Shown here piece by piece: positions 12,724 through 27,756 of a stretch of 64,000 bases of DNA. Location of the stretch: positions 9,176,001 through 9,240,000 of the forward strand of contig CM102283.1 in the NCBI GenBank assembly GCA_046563655.1, written 5' to 3'. Source of the stretch: Yuukianura sp. NJ FZ-2021. Its lineage: Eukaryota. The notes beneath the pieces are model-generated. The model ran no database searches. It saw nothing but the letters and a program-made list of their open reading frames with translations, and was not told the origin of the DNA. The position numbers and the translations under genes were made by a program. The first letter of the stretch is position 1; each line of letters begins with the position of its first letter.

Positions 12724-15706
12724 AGTCGTAAAGTACTCTCATCAGTCTCCTAAACTTACAAGAAAAAATTCCTTAAAATAAAATTTTAAGCATGATAGGG
12801 TTTTTGAATACAAAAACCGAAATAGAAGTAATAACTTGTAAATGTTATTAAGAGAACCTAATTTTAAATTTTTGCAGAAGATTTGTTAAACTTCAAACTT
12901 GTTCAAAAACGGAGGTTTAAAAGTGTTGTTGACCATTTCCTTACTAATTCCAGTCAACACTTGTATCAAGATGAAAGTTTTTCAACTCAAGTTTCCAAAT
13001 GTTGTTGACTTTGCAAATTTGTAAACAAAAGTGGTTCTGGTTTTTAATGCACAAGGTCAAAACGGCTTCACTAAAGTTAAAGTTTATAAAGAAAAGTTAA
13101 GATGAAGGTTGTGATTTTGCGCATCTTCGTTTTTGCCACGCCCACACGCATTATGCAAAATACCTGCAGGGGAAAAGTTTATAACATGATATAAAATAAT
13201 AAAAAACATAATTTAAAATAATAAATTTAAATTACAGTTAAATGTTAATGGTTTAGAGGAGTGGTTGGAGCAGCATTTCCGTTTTCAATTGTAAACTCCC
13301 TATTTTTGTTAATTAAGATTGACATAATAGGTTTGTAGTGGTTGCTGGGTAGGGATGAGGCGTTCCTTTTGAATCATCCTGTACATTATAAATTTCGGAA
13401 TCATCCTGTACAATTTTAATTTGTTGTCATCAAATTCAAGTTCATCTTTTCCTCTAACAAAAGAAAATCAATCAAGCCCGGATGTGACGAAGATCCTCCA
13501 AAGCAATTGTTGATTGTGTTTACAATAGGCAAGGTGCTGTGTGCTGACGTTTCAAAATTTGTCAGTGTCAATGAACACTTTTTTTTGAAACGTACTGTAC
13601 ATTTTGTAATGGTGGAAGACAGTTTGTACTAAAGTGAGGTGTTGATTATGCAATGTTTGTTGTAATGGTTTTTAAATTTGTTTTTCAAACAATGACGTGC
13701 GTATTTTAAAAATTTTGAATTTGAGCCAAGTCCAAATAGGTAACTAAAAAAAGAATTTTGAATTGCAACTTTTTTTTTTAAATTTGATGCCAATTTGTTT
13801 CTGAAATTTTCATAAAATTTTTGAAAAATGGTGAGTGTTGGTCCGGAAGTGATTTTTCGCAGCGTAACAAGACAAGTGCACAACACAATTCCCAAATTAC
13901 ATTACCTTTTGTGCAGTTTTCAAAAAGTTGGCGTACTTTTTCTGTTATTTTTATGACTAACATTTTTTTTGAATTATGCTGACAAGTTATAACGGAATTT
14001 TGAAAAGAAAGGAATGTTTTTCATTTTTCAAAAAAAAAGTTTATGTTTTTAATGGATTGGCTTGCAGCATTGGTCTGAATGTTAAAGTTTTTTGTGTACA
14101 GTTGGTTACACTAGCCTAAATTCATAAAAATTTTGAATTTAAGCTGACATTTCTTAAGTTGTGGTGGTGAGAAGATGAGTTTCAAGTTGAAACTTTCAAC
14201 TGACGAGATAGTTACTCCCGCCAAATCCCGTTTTGAGCAAAAGATGAGGACACATACTAACATGATTCTCTCGATTAACATCACAAACACATAGTATAAT
14301 GTGAACTAACGGAAGAAGGAATTTGGTAACAAGCGGAATACCTACTTTTTACATCCACTTTTTGAACTTTTTGTTTTCGAAATTTCGGAACAATGATTTT
14401 GTGATGCTCTATATCCTGAGGGTGAGGTAACATGAAAAGAAGATCTTTGTCAAGGAAGTGCGTACGCGTGTGCGTTTTAGCGTAAATTTTGAACATGAAA
14501 CTTTTGGGAATGTTGCCAAAAAATAAAATTTTTACTAGAATAGGCATTTTAGTTAAGTAATTTTGGAAATGTTTTGAAAGTGAAGTTCAGTGACTGCAGT
14601 AATGGAAAATTAGCGAAGGAAAAGTAAAAAGTATTGCTAAACTTTGCGTTTAGCGTTTTTTGCAAGTTCAATGCCACCCAACCATCACAAATAGGCATTA
14701 CTTAATGGGTTTTAACTTTTTCTAAAAATACCGCCTCTTGTTTTTAGCATTTGGAAGCCACCCAAAGTTCAACAAACTTTAAAAAAAAAACTTAAAACTT
14801 AATTTCACTTAAAACTTAATTTTATCTACACTTTGCATTTTTTTTCAAAGTTAAAATGAGGAAGGAATTGCAATTTCTTGGATGCTTTTTTTTTGCAAAC
14901 TGGAAATTTCAGCTGACTGTCATTCTCGTTTTTCGGATTTTTTTTTGGTTTTCACACATCTTCTTTTCAGGAATTTTTGGGAAGCGTTGCACTCTGTGCA
15001 TATTAATTTTCATTATCACTTTTTATTCACACACTGTTTGCCAACTTCCGCATTGTTCACAACCAACATGGTTTCAGTTCATTTCAGTTTAAAATGTACA
15101 AGTCACAGCACAAATTCGAGTTTAAGCGGCACAAAAATGCACATTTTACAAAGAACGGCGACATTTTTCACATAAACATTCAAGTTGGCGCACAACTCAC
15201 TTAAGAATTTTAACTAATTAAGGAGAGCCAGACATTCTTAAACTATAAAAACGTAATCTGCTGAATGCTAAATTTTTTATGTTTGAATTGACACTGAATT
15301 GGCGGGCCAAGTTTAAACTTAATTGCATTGCTTAATTTTTTATGTTTACTTAACACCAAGTTTAAGTAAATGTTTTAAGTGCTTTTTTTCAAAAGTGCAG
15401 TTTTGAGTGTAGGAGTTTTTGACATGAATTTTCTTCCGGATTTTTTGAGTTTTGGGAATGTGTGCAGGATCTGCACAAATGTAGGAAATGATTTTTTACA
15501 ATGGCTAATTGTTTGTGTGACAGATTTGAAAAGTGTGCCAAATTGAATAATGGAATTGTATCATCTTATGATTGCTTTTCCATTGTCTTCCCCTAGCAAC
15601 CTTGTATGTCTCGTATCAATTGTCTTCTTTTGAGCAATTGCTAAATGTCATCTCTACACTTTTTGAAGGTGTTAACGGGATGATGATTTTTTATGGTTTT
15701 GTACAG

Positions 15707-18700
15707 GATGAACAACAACACTTCAGAACGACGGAGTTTCCCAGCCATTACTACTCATCCTCATCTGTCTATTCATACTCACCGGTAAGACAAATTGTTA
15801 GGCTATGCATAATGCAGCTTATTAGGTTAGGTCACTACACTGCTTCAAATTTAATTTGAACTCCTTCAAACTCAAATTGTACACCGTGTTCCATACGGAG
15901 TACGGTTTTCCCACAAAAATTTACAATTCTACTTTTTACTCTTAACTTAACGTTAGCTTTAATTTTAACTTAATGAAATATTGAAATTCACAAGTGGCGG
16001 GAAAATGCGACTGAGGATTTGGGCCATAGTGTACATGTTCAGTCTTTACCTCTTCACCTTAATCGTTTTTTTTTCAACGATTTTAAAAATTTTTGTTGAA
16101 ATTTTATTTTTTTAAATACTAGACAAGTTCGAGCGACTGTCCAGAACATGGAAGGTCACATAAAAGGACCAAAATAGTACTCACATTGGCCGTAACTTTT
16201 GCCACCCTTGGTGTTCTCAGCATCGCTGGAGTTGCTGTGTACTTAGGATGTAAGAAAAAAACATCATTCAAAAAACACTTTTTTCAAAAGTTCATCGAAA
16301 TTTTCACTTTTCAAAAATTTTGTAGGCTGTGAAATTATATAGTACGACTAAAAGATTATTTTTTGCAAATGACATAAGGAAGTCAGTTGATGCTCAGCGT
16401 GGTTACTAAACCGTGCAAAGTGCGTTTGTAGTTCCGAGTTCAAAATTCGCAAAAAGAAATCACTTTGCAAAAAAGTATTCGCACATGCAAATTTTTTGCA
16501 AAGTGGATTTTGAAGGTCCCTTGGAGTCTATTTTAAGTGGCCCATAAGGGACAGGGACAAATTGGCAAGTGCAAATTCCAAAAACCACAATTTAAATGTG
16601 TCGTAAACCTTGTCAAAAATTGGAAACTTAAGGTTTTTCACGATACAATTCAAACTTTTTAAAACTCAAATGTGAATTCACAATTTTAGCCTAACTTGGA
16701 CTTCAAAAATAGGTTAATTAGGTTAGGCTAATAACCTAATTAGGATATCCACAACACAAAACTGGTTCACAGTTACATTTTACATTTCGTGTAACCACGG
16801 AACCATTTTTTGACACTTTTTTATAACTTTTTTTGGGGGAATTTGTGAATCTTTTCAAAAAGTGTTCTACTTTAACACCACACGCTACGCATTTGTAAAT
16901 TCCCGGCAATTTTTTCTTTTGAAATTTTTTAAATCTGAAAACTAAATTGTAGAGGTCGCGGCATTTTTTTGTTAGTAATTTGTAGTACCAAACAGACTAT
17001 AAAAATCTTTTGTTGTAAAAAGCAGCATCAATTTATCATTTTTTAATAGTACAGAGCTCAAAATTAGTTTTTCTTGTCAAAATTTCAAAGTTTTCAAAAT
17101 TTGGGACAATGTCGAAAATAATTTACAGTGTTGTGATACATTGAAATTCAAAAGAAACCGCCAAGGCTCAAGGTCAACCAAACTATTTAGGAACCAGTGA
17201 AGCTTTTCAAATACCATTTTTTACACTTGTATATTTTAGTAATATTGTTGACAATTGTGTACAAATTGTGACCATGGGCAAATAGATGGTGACATTTAAA
17301 GTGTGACATCCACCATTGACCTCTGCGCCGCCAAAATTTAAAAAAGTTCATCGTCACTGTCCAACCGTGCCGACCGTGAACAATATTTTCATTGTTCTGT
17401 CTCCCACAAGACAAAAACCTTGTTTGTAAAATTATGAAACATGAAATCAATTTTGGAAAGTCGTTAATCAAAATTAGTAATCAAAATTTTGAAGATTCAA
17501 AACTTCCTAAAAATTATTAAATCTGAACAACAAATTTCATGTCGTGGTAAAAAATTGTGTTAAAAAAATTAACGGATGTAATTTTTACAAAATTTATTTG
17601 CAAACTCCTGAATGATGGATCAGGTTAACTGAAATTCGTAATTTCGAAAACAAAATCATAAAATTTTTGCAACAACTACTGTTAACTGTTTTGCGAATTT
17701 TCAATTTCGCAACAACATCCTGAACAAATTTGCTTTCTTGCAATTTGCAAATATTTGAACCGAGGACCAATGGATATTTTTAGCACACGTTGCTGTTTTT
17801 CCTTACAGAAATTTATGGGTTATTGAAAAAAACGAAAGTTTGAAGCTTTCAAAAATTTCAATTACAGCAATGCACAGAGGTCACAGACTCAGTAAACATC
17901 TTCTGAAATGGTTAATTGAAAGTCAAGTTTCAGAAAAAAAAAACAAGATGCGCGAAGCATAAAAATTAAGTCTATACTGCGCAGACTCAAACTTACATAT
18001 TAGAAATTGCGTCTGTCAATGACATTCCCTGAGTGCCAGACAAATTGGCATGTCGATGACACAAAGAGATACGAAACTCAAATCTATTGTTCTGCCTTTC
18101 AAAATTAATCATGAATCCAACATTCAATTTAGTTTTTCGAAAATTTTAAAATTTTGAACTTTTATTTGCAGTACTGTCTAAAAATATAAAGAGTGGAGCT
18201 CATGAAGAATCATACTTGTACTCCACTGCAGTTAATTCCAAAGAGTCCACTTTCCTGGACATTGAAGATCTCTTTCAAATGCCGAATGGGCGGTCAAGGT
18301 CAGATTTCTACGCCGATGACCCCGTTGACCTCACAAATCGACTGGAGGAATCACTCAATTCAAATGTTCCGCCACAAGATCCGTATCTCAACTCCAAACA
18401 TTCAACGCAAGTCTTAGTTTCTCAACGAAATGCAACTTTTAGTAAATTTCCCGGGTTAATTCAAAAACCGACTGCCATTCCGCCTCAGGTCATCGTGTCA
18501 TCTGAGAAGGTCAATGACCCTGGCCAGGTCATGACCTTGCCACCCCCGATTGACCTCCACAGTCCCCTCATCATCTTAGGCCCAAAGAGAAACCAAAGCA
18601 GTCAGCTCCAGTCCGGAAAAGCTGAACCGGTCGCAGTAACGATCAATTTCGCACAAGATGAGATTGAGCAGAATCAAAAAACTTCTTCTGCGCATGCCCG

Positions 18701-21700
18701 TTGGCCCACCAGCACGTCACCGGTCATCACTGAGCAAACTACGACTTTTCCCGCCAATAAAAACACAGTTCGACCGACCATTATTATCGGCACAGTTTCT
18801 GGTCCAGAAGAAGCCCATTCTACGTTTGATTCTAAAAATCGTGTACCCTTGACCTCTGACCGGACAGTGACCCTTCAAGGGTACCTCGACCGCCAAGAGC
18901 CACCAATGATCCAAAGTACCCTTAAGGGCATACCAACTTCGTCTTCGTCTATAGAGAGTGGTCAAGCCCACCTTAGACCTAGTCCGGGGTCAATTGAGAC
19001 AGATGGATTTTACCCGGTAAATCCCACTTTCAAAATTCCCGGTCAAGAACCCAATCCCGGGAATTTACAAAGTAATCACCGGGTTCAGTTAACTTTTGAT
19101 CGAATTTCGCCCGATTTTTACGACAAGAAGCCCTGGACCCCTTTGCTCATCCACCCTACGCAGATTTTAGACAAACGTCCAAGGGTCGAAGGGCCCCTGC
19201 CAGAAGTTTCAAGGGTCGAAGGGCCCCTGCCAGAAGTCTCAACTTTCCAGCCATTGGTTGAAAAAGTTTCACCTTTGCAGCCAATGGACCAAAGCTATTA
19301 TGGTTACGCGGGAATTTCAAAACAAAAACCACAAATACCGCCAGCATTTCACGAAATGACGAAAAATGACAGTCGGAAAGACGTTGACAAGGACTCTTCA
19401 ATTGGACATGGTCACAGTGTCGTAGATTATCCACAGTTAACTAGCTTTGACGAAGGTGACATAATGCCAGAAGTTCAAACTTTGCCAGAAAGAGAACCTA
19501 TTCACTACGTCGCAACTGCGGCAGACGACCTGCGACATGCTATGCCGGCCTACACTGTCACTATTCCACATATTCCAAACGACTCCAATGTATCTATGAT
19601 CACAACCGGTGATTTTCTGGCAATGATCAACAAAAGTCACGTGAATACGTCCGGAGCAGACGCGGAGATTGGGCATGACGCAACTGGGCACTACGCAGAC
19701 GCAGATTCAGAAGAGTATGAAGAAGAAGATGATGAAGGTCAAGAGGTCAATGACCTTCCAGGTCAAACGAGAGTCTACACACTTGACCCAGGCAACACCG
19801 ACATGTTTCCAAAACCAATCGAGCCGGCTCCAAAACCGCCAGAATTTAAAATTTCCTCAAAAACCGAAACAGAAAACACGACAGTTGCTGAAATCGACAC
19901 TCACACAGCTTCCGAATTCGAACCGAACGTAACAGAACCGGAACAGATTCAAAATTCAACTTTTCCCGCCGAAGATTCTTCGATAAAGTCCACAACAGAC
20001 TATATCTTAACAGCACTTGGGAGTTTGAATCTAGTAAAGTCTAGTACTCAACAACCAATCAGCGATCAGCCTGAGCAGAACGGACCAATCAAAACACAGA
20101 ATTCCGAAACCCCGCTTTTCCCGCCAACTCGGTCTTATGTAAGTGTGCACTTGCCTTTACGTGAAAAACCGGCCGAATCCGGATCAGATGAAACCGGTAC
20201 TGGCGAAACCGGTGAAAAAATATTCTTGGTGACCGACAACGACAAGAAACTTAGACTTGTTAATGGAGAAGGTCAGCCGTTGGCGCCCGATTTGACCTCA
20301 ACTTCAAGTTTAAACAAAGTGTTATCTATGATGATGAATTTTGAAGATTCGACCAATCAGGAGCAAGTTATGAACTTGTTAAAAAACAACGTTCAATTAG
20401 TTGTGTCCAATCACACAGGTCCAAGTGAAGTTCAAAATTTAGCGGAAAATTCAAATCCGCCAGCAACCAAAACTCGTGAACACAAAAGTTTTGCACGAGA
20501 TCCAAAAGTTGACTGGAGATTTCGTGACCCCGAAACTGAAAAAATTCCAGTACCGCTTGTTCCACCAAATTTTGAAAAACCGGGTTTTCAAAATTTTGAA
20601 AAGTCAAGGTCAGAACGTGACCCGGATGAAAACAAAACCTGGATTCCTACGAAACTGCAATCTTTGACTTTAAACAAAAACAATTCTCCAGTGTACAAAT
20701 TTGTTCTGCGCAAAGGTCAAACGGTTGAAGATTTGCTTAAAGAAATTTTCAAAAATTTTACTGACAAAGGCATTGGAAATTCTTCAAAAGAAGAACAAAT
20801 TCCAGATTTTGCAACAGTTCCACAAATTGTTGATCCAGATCCACTTCCACTTGGAATTCACCTTGCCACAAAATTTCATGTCCACGTTCCTACTACCACA
20901 AAACAACCAACAACAACTCGTGCAACAACAACAACATCAACGACAACAACGTCAACAACAACATCGTCAACAACTACTCAGCCTCCAACGACCACAATTG
21001 ACTCAACATTTAAAACTTCAACTTCTGTCGTAATCAACGAAGAAGTTCAAGAACATTCCAACGGAACATTCAAATGCACTTCAACCGGTAAGCCACAACT
21101 CACAAACATAACTTTTTTAAAATTTTCAAAATTTTGAAAAAAAAAAATTGTTAACGTTTTGAAAATAGGTGTTGTGCTATCTGCTTTTGCAAGATGTAAC
21201 TCAATCAAAGAATGTGCGGATAACTCAGACGAACAAAATTGCAAATGCGTTGATTACTTAAAATCGCAACTTTTGCATCGCAAAGTGTGCGACGGAATTG
21301 TCGACTGCAGTGACGAATCAGATGAAAGCTATTGCGGTAACTTCAAAAAACAGAAAAAAAAATGAAAATTTTCATTTTTCAAAAGTTCAAATTTTAAAGA
21401 ACTTTTTAAAGTTTAACTTTGAAATGTATTTAGATTGGTGTTCGCCTGGACAGTACATTTGTTCTGGAAGTCGAGTTTGCGTTCCGCGAGATAAGATTTG
21501 CGATTCACGCCGCGACTGTCCCCGGGGGGACGATGAAGCAAACTGTGTCAAGATTGGTCCGAGTGGACAAGTGGATGACCTTGAAGACATTTCTCCGATT
21601 TACCACAAGTCGGGCTACTTGATGGTCCGGAAGAGGGGGGTATGGGGTAAACTGTGCGTTGAAACTTTCAGTTCAGTCCTGTCACATTGGGAAATCAAAG

Positions 21701-23377
21701 ATCTTGCTAGAGCAGTCTGCAAAGCAAAAACTTTTACGTAAGTACAAATTCCGGACCTAAAATTCCAGCATTTTGCAAAAATTTGAATGTTTTTGGAAAT
21801 TTTGGTTTTTAGTGATTTCGAAAGTGTTGAAAAAATAGTTGACGAGGGTGTGAACGAAACTTACTACGAATTGTACAACAGTGTAAATGATTCAGACAGT
21901 TCCGAAAACATTTACTCTTCGGATGAATCTACTCCGAGAGCGGCAATTGGATTCAAAAATTCCAAATGTGCTACGCGCATGGTCATCAAAGTCACGTGCT
22001 CAGACTTGCAGTGTGGAACAGCCCCCAGGGCATTTACACAAGCAGCAAGGTACAGAGCTAGAAGGTGCACTTTTAAAAAAAAAGTTGAAAAACTTAAAAA
22101 ATTTTTTTTTGAAAAACGTTTTTTCAAATTCTAGAATCGTTGGTGGCTCAAATGCACTACCCGGTGGGTGGCCCTGGCAAGCCGCTTTGTACCGCGACGG
22201 CGAATACCAATGTGGGGCTACGCTAATTTCTGGTCGGTGGCTCCTCTCTGCTGGTCACTGTTTCTACCAGTAAGGTTTCCAAAATTTTGATTTCACTTTC
22301 AAAAATATTTTTCAAAATTTTCATTTTTTGAAATTTTAGTGCCCAAGATGACTACTGGGTGGCTCGACTGGGAACACTACGTCGTGGAGCCACTTTCCTG
22401 TCACCTTATGAACAAGTTATAAAAATTACTCATATTTTTCTACATCCGCAGTACAAAGACATTGGATTCGTCAATGACGTCTCACTTTTGCGTCTGGAAA
22501 AAGAAGTAAATTTCACAGATTTCGTGAGACCCGTCTGCCTTCCAGAACGGGACACGAACATCAAGGACGGAAGAATCTGTACCGTTGTAGGCTGGGGTCA
22601 ACTGTTTGAAACTGGGCGTGTTTTTCGTAAGATCCATTTTCACAAAAAGTGATTCAAAATTTCAGTTTCTCAAAATTTTGAAATTTCAGCCGATACGTTA
22701 CAAGAAGTGCAGCTTCCGCTCATTTCAACCGCGGAATGTCGTAAACGGACTTTGTTTTTGCCGTTGTACAAACTGACGGACGAAATGTTTTGTGCCGGTT
22801 TTGACCGGGGAGGGAGAGATGCCTGTTTAGGAGATTCCGGAGGCCCGTTAATGTGTCCAGTATGTTTAGTTTTAACTTTAACTAATATAAATTAATTAAT
22901 TTATATAATTAATTAGTTTTAAATGTAATTAATAGGAATCTGATGGAAGATGGTCTCTGTATGGAGTGACATCCAATGGCTATGGATGTGCGAGAGCCAA
23001 TCGTCCAGGAGTTTATACCAAAACTAAAAGTTATTTGGATTGGGTTTATGACAAAATTAGTCAAGACAGTTCATATACTTCGAGAGACAAAACAAAAAAA
23101 TGTCCAGGTCACCGTTGTTTGCTCGGTAGGTGAAAATTTTTTGAAATTTTGAGTTTTATTTTCGAAAAACTTAATTTTGGTTGAATTTTGAAGGCGAGTG
23201 TCTCGAACCGCGGAGTGTTTGTAACGGAATTGCGGATTGTGTTGATGGAAGTAAGTTAAAAGCTTAATTCTGAATTTTTGTCAACTGTCGATACTGTGAA
23301 GCTTTGGTTGCTTTTTAAGTTTTAGTTAAAAAAATATTTATTTTTCAGGTGACGAGAAAAATTGCAACTGGAGTTGA
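15707..23377 (+). CDS. Type II transmembrane modular serine protease (TM, long low-complexity stem, 3 LDLa, SRCR-like, trypsin, LDLa); nudel/corin/enteropeptidase-like; start codon not located
   Basis: In-phase exons 15707-15784, 16123-16249 (TM IVLTLAVTFATLGVLSIAGVAVYLG), 18172-21087, 21169-21336, 21434-21737, 21813-~22050/22064, 22135-22269, 22340-22626, 22690-22859, 22936-23125, 23194-23250, 23349-23377. R-IVGG activation site; SAGHC, NDVSLL and GDSGGP triad motifs intact. Confidence 0.85.
19180..19240 (+). repeat. 30-bp coding tandem duplication (RVEGPLPEVS x2)
   Basis: caagggtcgaagggcccctgccagaagt occurs twice in tandem. Confidence 0.9.
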
Positions 23378-24447
23378 AGTTTTGAGTGTTGAAATTTAAT
23401 TGTTATTCTTTCGCCGTCCAAGTCGAAGCCAAACATAACCCTAGTTAAAGTTAAAGTTAAATTTTAATAGAGGGGTGGATATTAACAAAAAGAGGGAGTA
23501 ATTGAAATTTTTTGCACAGTAGCAACGTTGTTAGTTAATTTTAAGTTAACTTTAAGGATTTGAAAGCAAAACTTTTTGTTTTTGTTGTTGATGATGTACC
23601 TTTACAAAAAAAAGCAAACAAAGCTACAACTTGTGATAAAAATTCTTTAGGTGCGTGTTTTTAAATTAATTGTAATGCTAATTAATTGTAAGTTGAAACT
23701 TACGAGGGGAAATTACCAAAAAAAGACAAAGCAGGGGTATCAATTTCTAAATTAAGTTTGTACTTTGTAGTTCTCTTCTGTTTAATTTCATTTGTACGAA
23801 ATGAAACTGACTGACTCAACTATTTGCAATTTCTATTGTCACTTTTCTAATACACGACAAGACGTTTTCAAAACGAAAAAATAAAACGAGTGTAGTGTAA
23901 AGTTTAATTTACAACTTTTGAATTCTTGAATTCGACTGTTATATTTTTTTTTCGTGCTCATAAGCAACAGTCTCAGCGTGCCCCATTTTAAGTGTAAGAA
24001 GAAAAAGCCCGGGAAAAAAGTTTCCTCATTTGAATTTTTCTGGGAGTTTGATTTTGCATGCGCAAATTTTCGCCTGCAGTCGCAATGGGACTTTCCTCTG
24101 TTTACTTTGTTAATTAACGACAAGTCAATTAACGATTTAATTAAAGGCGGAAATTAGAATTAATCAATACAGAATACGAAGTAATCGATTACTCAACTAC
24201 CGCGGATCATCAGTAAACTCATCTGTAGAATCCTGCGTCTCAGTCAAGGTGGACGAACCACTTGTTAGAGTGGAATCCACAATCCGGAATTCGGGTCTTC
24301 AGCTTTTACATCTGATCGGTCATCTCTCATCTGGTATCGTGGTATTCAATTGATTAACTAATTAGTTAAGGTGAGTCTTAACTTGTATCAGCTAAGCCTA
24401 TAGTTGTTATTTACTGGCTAACTTTCAATTTGTGTTTTTGTTTAGGA

Positions 24448-25920
24448 ATGTCATCTTATAACAAATCCAAGTCCAAGTCAACTACAGTCTTTGACGAGAA
24501 TCATATCCGGAAGAAGTTGGTCTTCAGCCAAGGTAGTAACTTCTTTCGTCAAAGACTCATTCTGTCCCTTTTGTCATCCCGACCTGTAAAAATTGAGAAT
24601 ATTCGGTCCGTATCCGATGACCTTGTGGTGGGACTCAAGCCTTACGAACTCTCTTTCATCCGCCTCATCTCAGAACTTAGCAATGGAACGAAAATTAAGA
24701 TATCCGAGACAGGCACAGAGGTCAACTGCGTTCCAGGCTTACTCACAGGAGGGCCCTTAACTTTTAACGCTGACACTTCTAGATCCCTTAGTTATTACCT
24801 TGAGCCCATCCTCTTCCTGGCTCCCTTTTGCAAGAAACCTATCGAGTTGACTATTAGGGGAAGACTTCAGAATGACCTTGCCGGGTACAACTCTGTTTAT
24901 AAACTGAAACACGCAGCACTTCCACTTATGGAACTTTTTGGACTGGAACCAGAGCTCCAGGTAAAGCAGTAGCAGCGATGAGTTGGAACGTGAGATTGAC
25001 TTTATAACTTTCAATTAACTTAAATGTTCTGATTAATCATGATTTACTGTTTTTAGATAACATCACGGAAGTACGACGACTCTGAAGTGAAATTCACATG
25101 TACCGTGAAGAAACAGTTGCTTACACTTCGTAATCAGCTGAAAGAGGATTGCGGTAAAGTCAAGAAAATCCGGGGGTTGGCTTACGGGTTTCGCGTTAAT
25201 CCACAAATGCTGAACCGAATTGCCACTGCCGCTAAGGGCCTGTTCATCCCTTATCTCTCCGACGTTTTCATAACGACAGATCAAATCAAAGGAACGAAAT
25301 CAAAAGTACCCGGCTACGGATTGGTTCTCTACGCAACCACAACGAAAAACATAACTTATGCTGCAGATTCATTTTACGGACGAGATGCTGCCGATGAAAA
25401 CAGCTCAGCTCCAGGTCAAAATGACTCCATTGGTGGAAAGAAACGCAAGTTTAAATTATTCGCAGACGAAGATGAAGATCAAGAAGAGCAAGAGCCGGTC
25501 AACAACAAGAAAAAATATCAGTCTGACATTGACAACCTTGTCATCAACGTGCCAACTTTGGCGTCTAAGCCTGGAAGTGTCCAAGGACCAGAAGAAATTG
25601 GAGTTCATACTGCCCAATTGCTACTGAAAGAAATAAGTACCCAGTCCTGTGTGGATTCCGTATTTCAATGGCTTGTGCTTGGCTTCATGGCCCTTGGACC
25701 GAAGAATGTGAGTTCTGCCATCATGGGGCCCTTGACTCCCTTCACAATCCAGTATCTAAGGGACTTGAAAGTATTCTTTGGCATTACATTCAAAGTGGAA
25801 CAACATCAATTGGCACAAGGGGCAGAAGATGATGAAGAGGAAGATGATCAGAAGAGTGGACTGTACAAATTGAGTTGTTTGGGCACAGGATATCTCAACT
25901 TGAACAAAACCATAATTTAG
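24448..25920 (+). CDS. RCL1: RNA 3'-terminal phosphate cyclase-like protein Rcl1
   Basis: Exons 24448-24960 and 25057-25920; GSNFFRQRLILSLLS, YYLEPILFLAPFCKKP, GKVKKIRGLAY, LRDLKVFFG, CLGTGYLNLNK. Confidence 0.92.
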
Positions 25921-27756
25921 ATAAACAGTTTATCTTGTTCGATACTTTTGAAAAAGTAGACAACTTTAATTTAAGAAAACTTTTTTTTAAATTAAAACCA
26001 CTCCTTGAAAACGTTATCGTTCATGAGAGTTCTTCCTCCAAAACTGATTTCAATTTTCTTATTCTCAAGAGATGCATCTTTTAACTTAACTTTATCATAG
26101 CAGAAAGGCGGAGGAGATGTTTGAAAGAGGAGGCTGGTCCCGACAAGGTCAAAGGTCAAGCTCACTTTAAATTTAAAACTGGACAAGTTTTCATGAGAAC
26201 AAATGAAATAAGCATGAGAATTCAGAAAAGTCGGCACACAAAGATTCGATCAAATTTTCATAAGAAGGTTTAAGAAGTTGGTTGATTAAAATCGTAAATA
26301 ATTTAGACGAATTTGAAGCTGAATTTTCCTTTTTGTTATGAAACGGAGGATTTCATGGGAATTTCCGTGTTAAATTTTTGATGATTTGCGCAGAGTGTTT
26401 AGGACAATGCATGACCTGGAGAATATCTAAAATTGAGATCCAGAGGACAATGCTTAATTAAGTTATGCAATATTTAAGTAGTTCCTCTTAATCAGCTCAT
26501 AAGTAGCAGAGTTGACATCTTTTTGTATCCAAGGAACAACAATTTGCAGTACAAACTAAGGAGTGTGCTAAAAAGCAAGCAAAAGTTGAGTAATCCCAAA
26601 ATTACTTAATCCAAATTACTGCAACATGCTCACCTTCCGTGGTTCCTTTGCTATGAAACTTAAGTAATAGTTGCCACTACTTAAATTGCATAGCAGTATA
26701 CAGAGACAACACAAAAATTTTAAGTTCAGTTCGAAACTAAACTTTTGATTTTGAATTGACATTTTGGTTTGTTTTTTTAGGTGTTGCTGAAAGGTGTGCG
26801 TGTCGGCGTTGAATTGTGTCCCACTTCTGGAATTTGCCGTGTCAAAAGTTCATTTGTCCTTACGGAGTCGCAAGTTTCGAAAGTGAAACAAAAGTTTAGA
26901 AATTGAAAATTGAAGAATTGAATGCAGAGGAGACAGAATTGCACAGGCGAGTGTTTTTCTTTTTATTTTGTTGTAAATTGGAGATCATTTCGTTTTCATT
27001 TTTTTTCAGAAGATGAAGAGGAAGAGCAGAGTGGTGGAGATGCTAAGCTCTTTCTGTTGAAGTGTGTACTAAAAGTAGTAGTTTTGGTGGTGGTGTGATC
27101 CTGGTTCATTGAATCATGTCATATTTATACAGGGGTTGGTTCATTTTAGGTTTGGCTTGCGCTGCTGAGTCAAAGGATTCCCTCATAACGTACTGCAACA
27201 TGTGAGTGTTCCCAGTCACTCTTTGCTCGGCTTCTGATTCAGGTCATTCTCATTAGTTTTCAATTTTTCCGTAATTTGTGACATAACGGAGTGCTTACTT
27301 TTTAGTTTTTTTGTGGTTCAGACTGTTGAGGGTAAGGAAAGCTTTTAGTAGTTGCAATTTTTGAAAATTTAGAAGTTGAACAGTAATTTCAGAATTCCAT
27401 CATATTGGCACTGTGACCTTGGCTAGACACTCATTAGGATTTTGTAGGCTGTTACCACATTGAATTTTTGGCAAACTCATATTTTAAGTGCATTTTTAGT
27501 GTACGTGGATGAGCTTTTCAAATGTTTGACGATTAGTTATCATGTTGACATCATATTTTTACTAACCAGCGTCCTCTGAAAGCATTCACATAAGTGATTA
27601 CATTTGAATGATTTAGTTAAAAGGGAGTTTGATTTTAATTTGGTTTTTGTTTTTGGTTTTCCAGATTGTTGATTTTGCTGTTTCCGTCATTTTGCTGGCG
27701 GCAAAGACATTTTGACTGGACCTAAACGGATTCCTAAAGAAAAAAATATTGGCACA

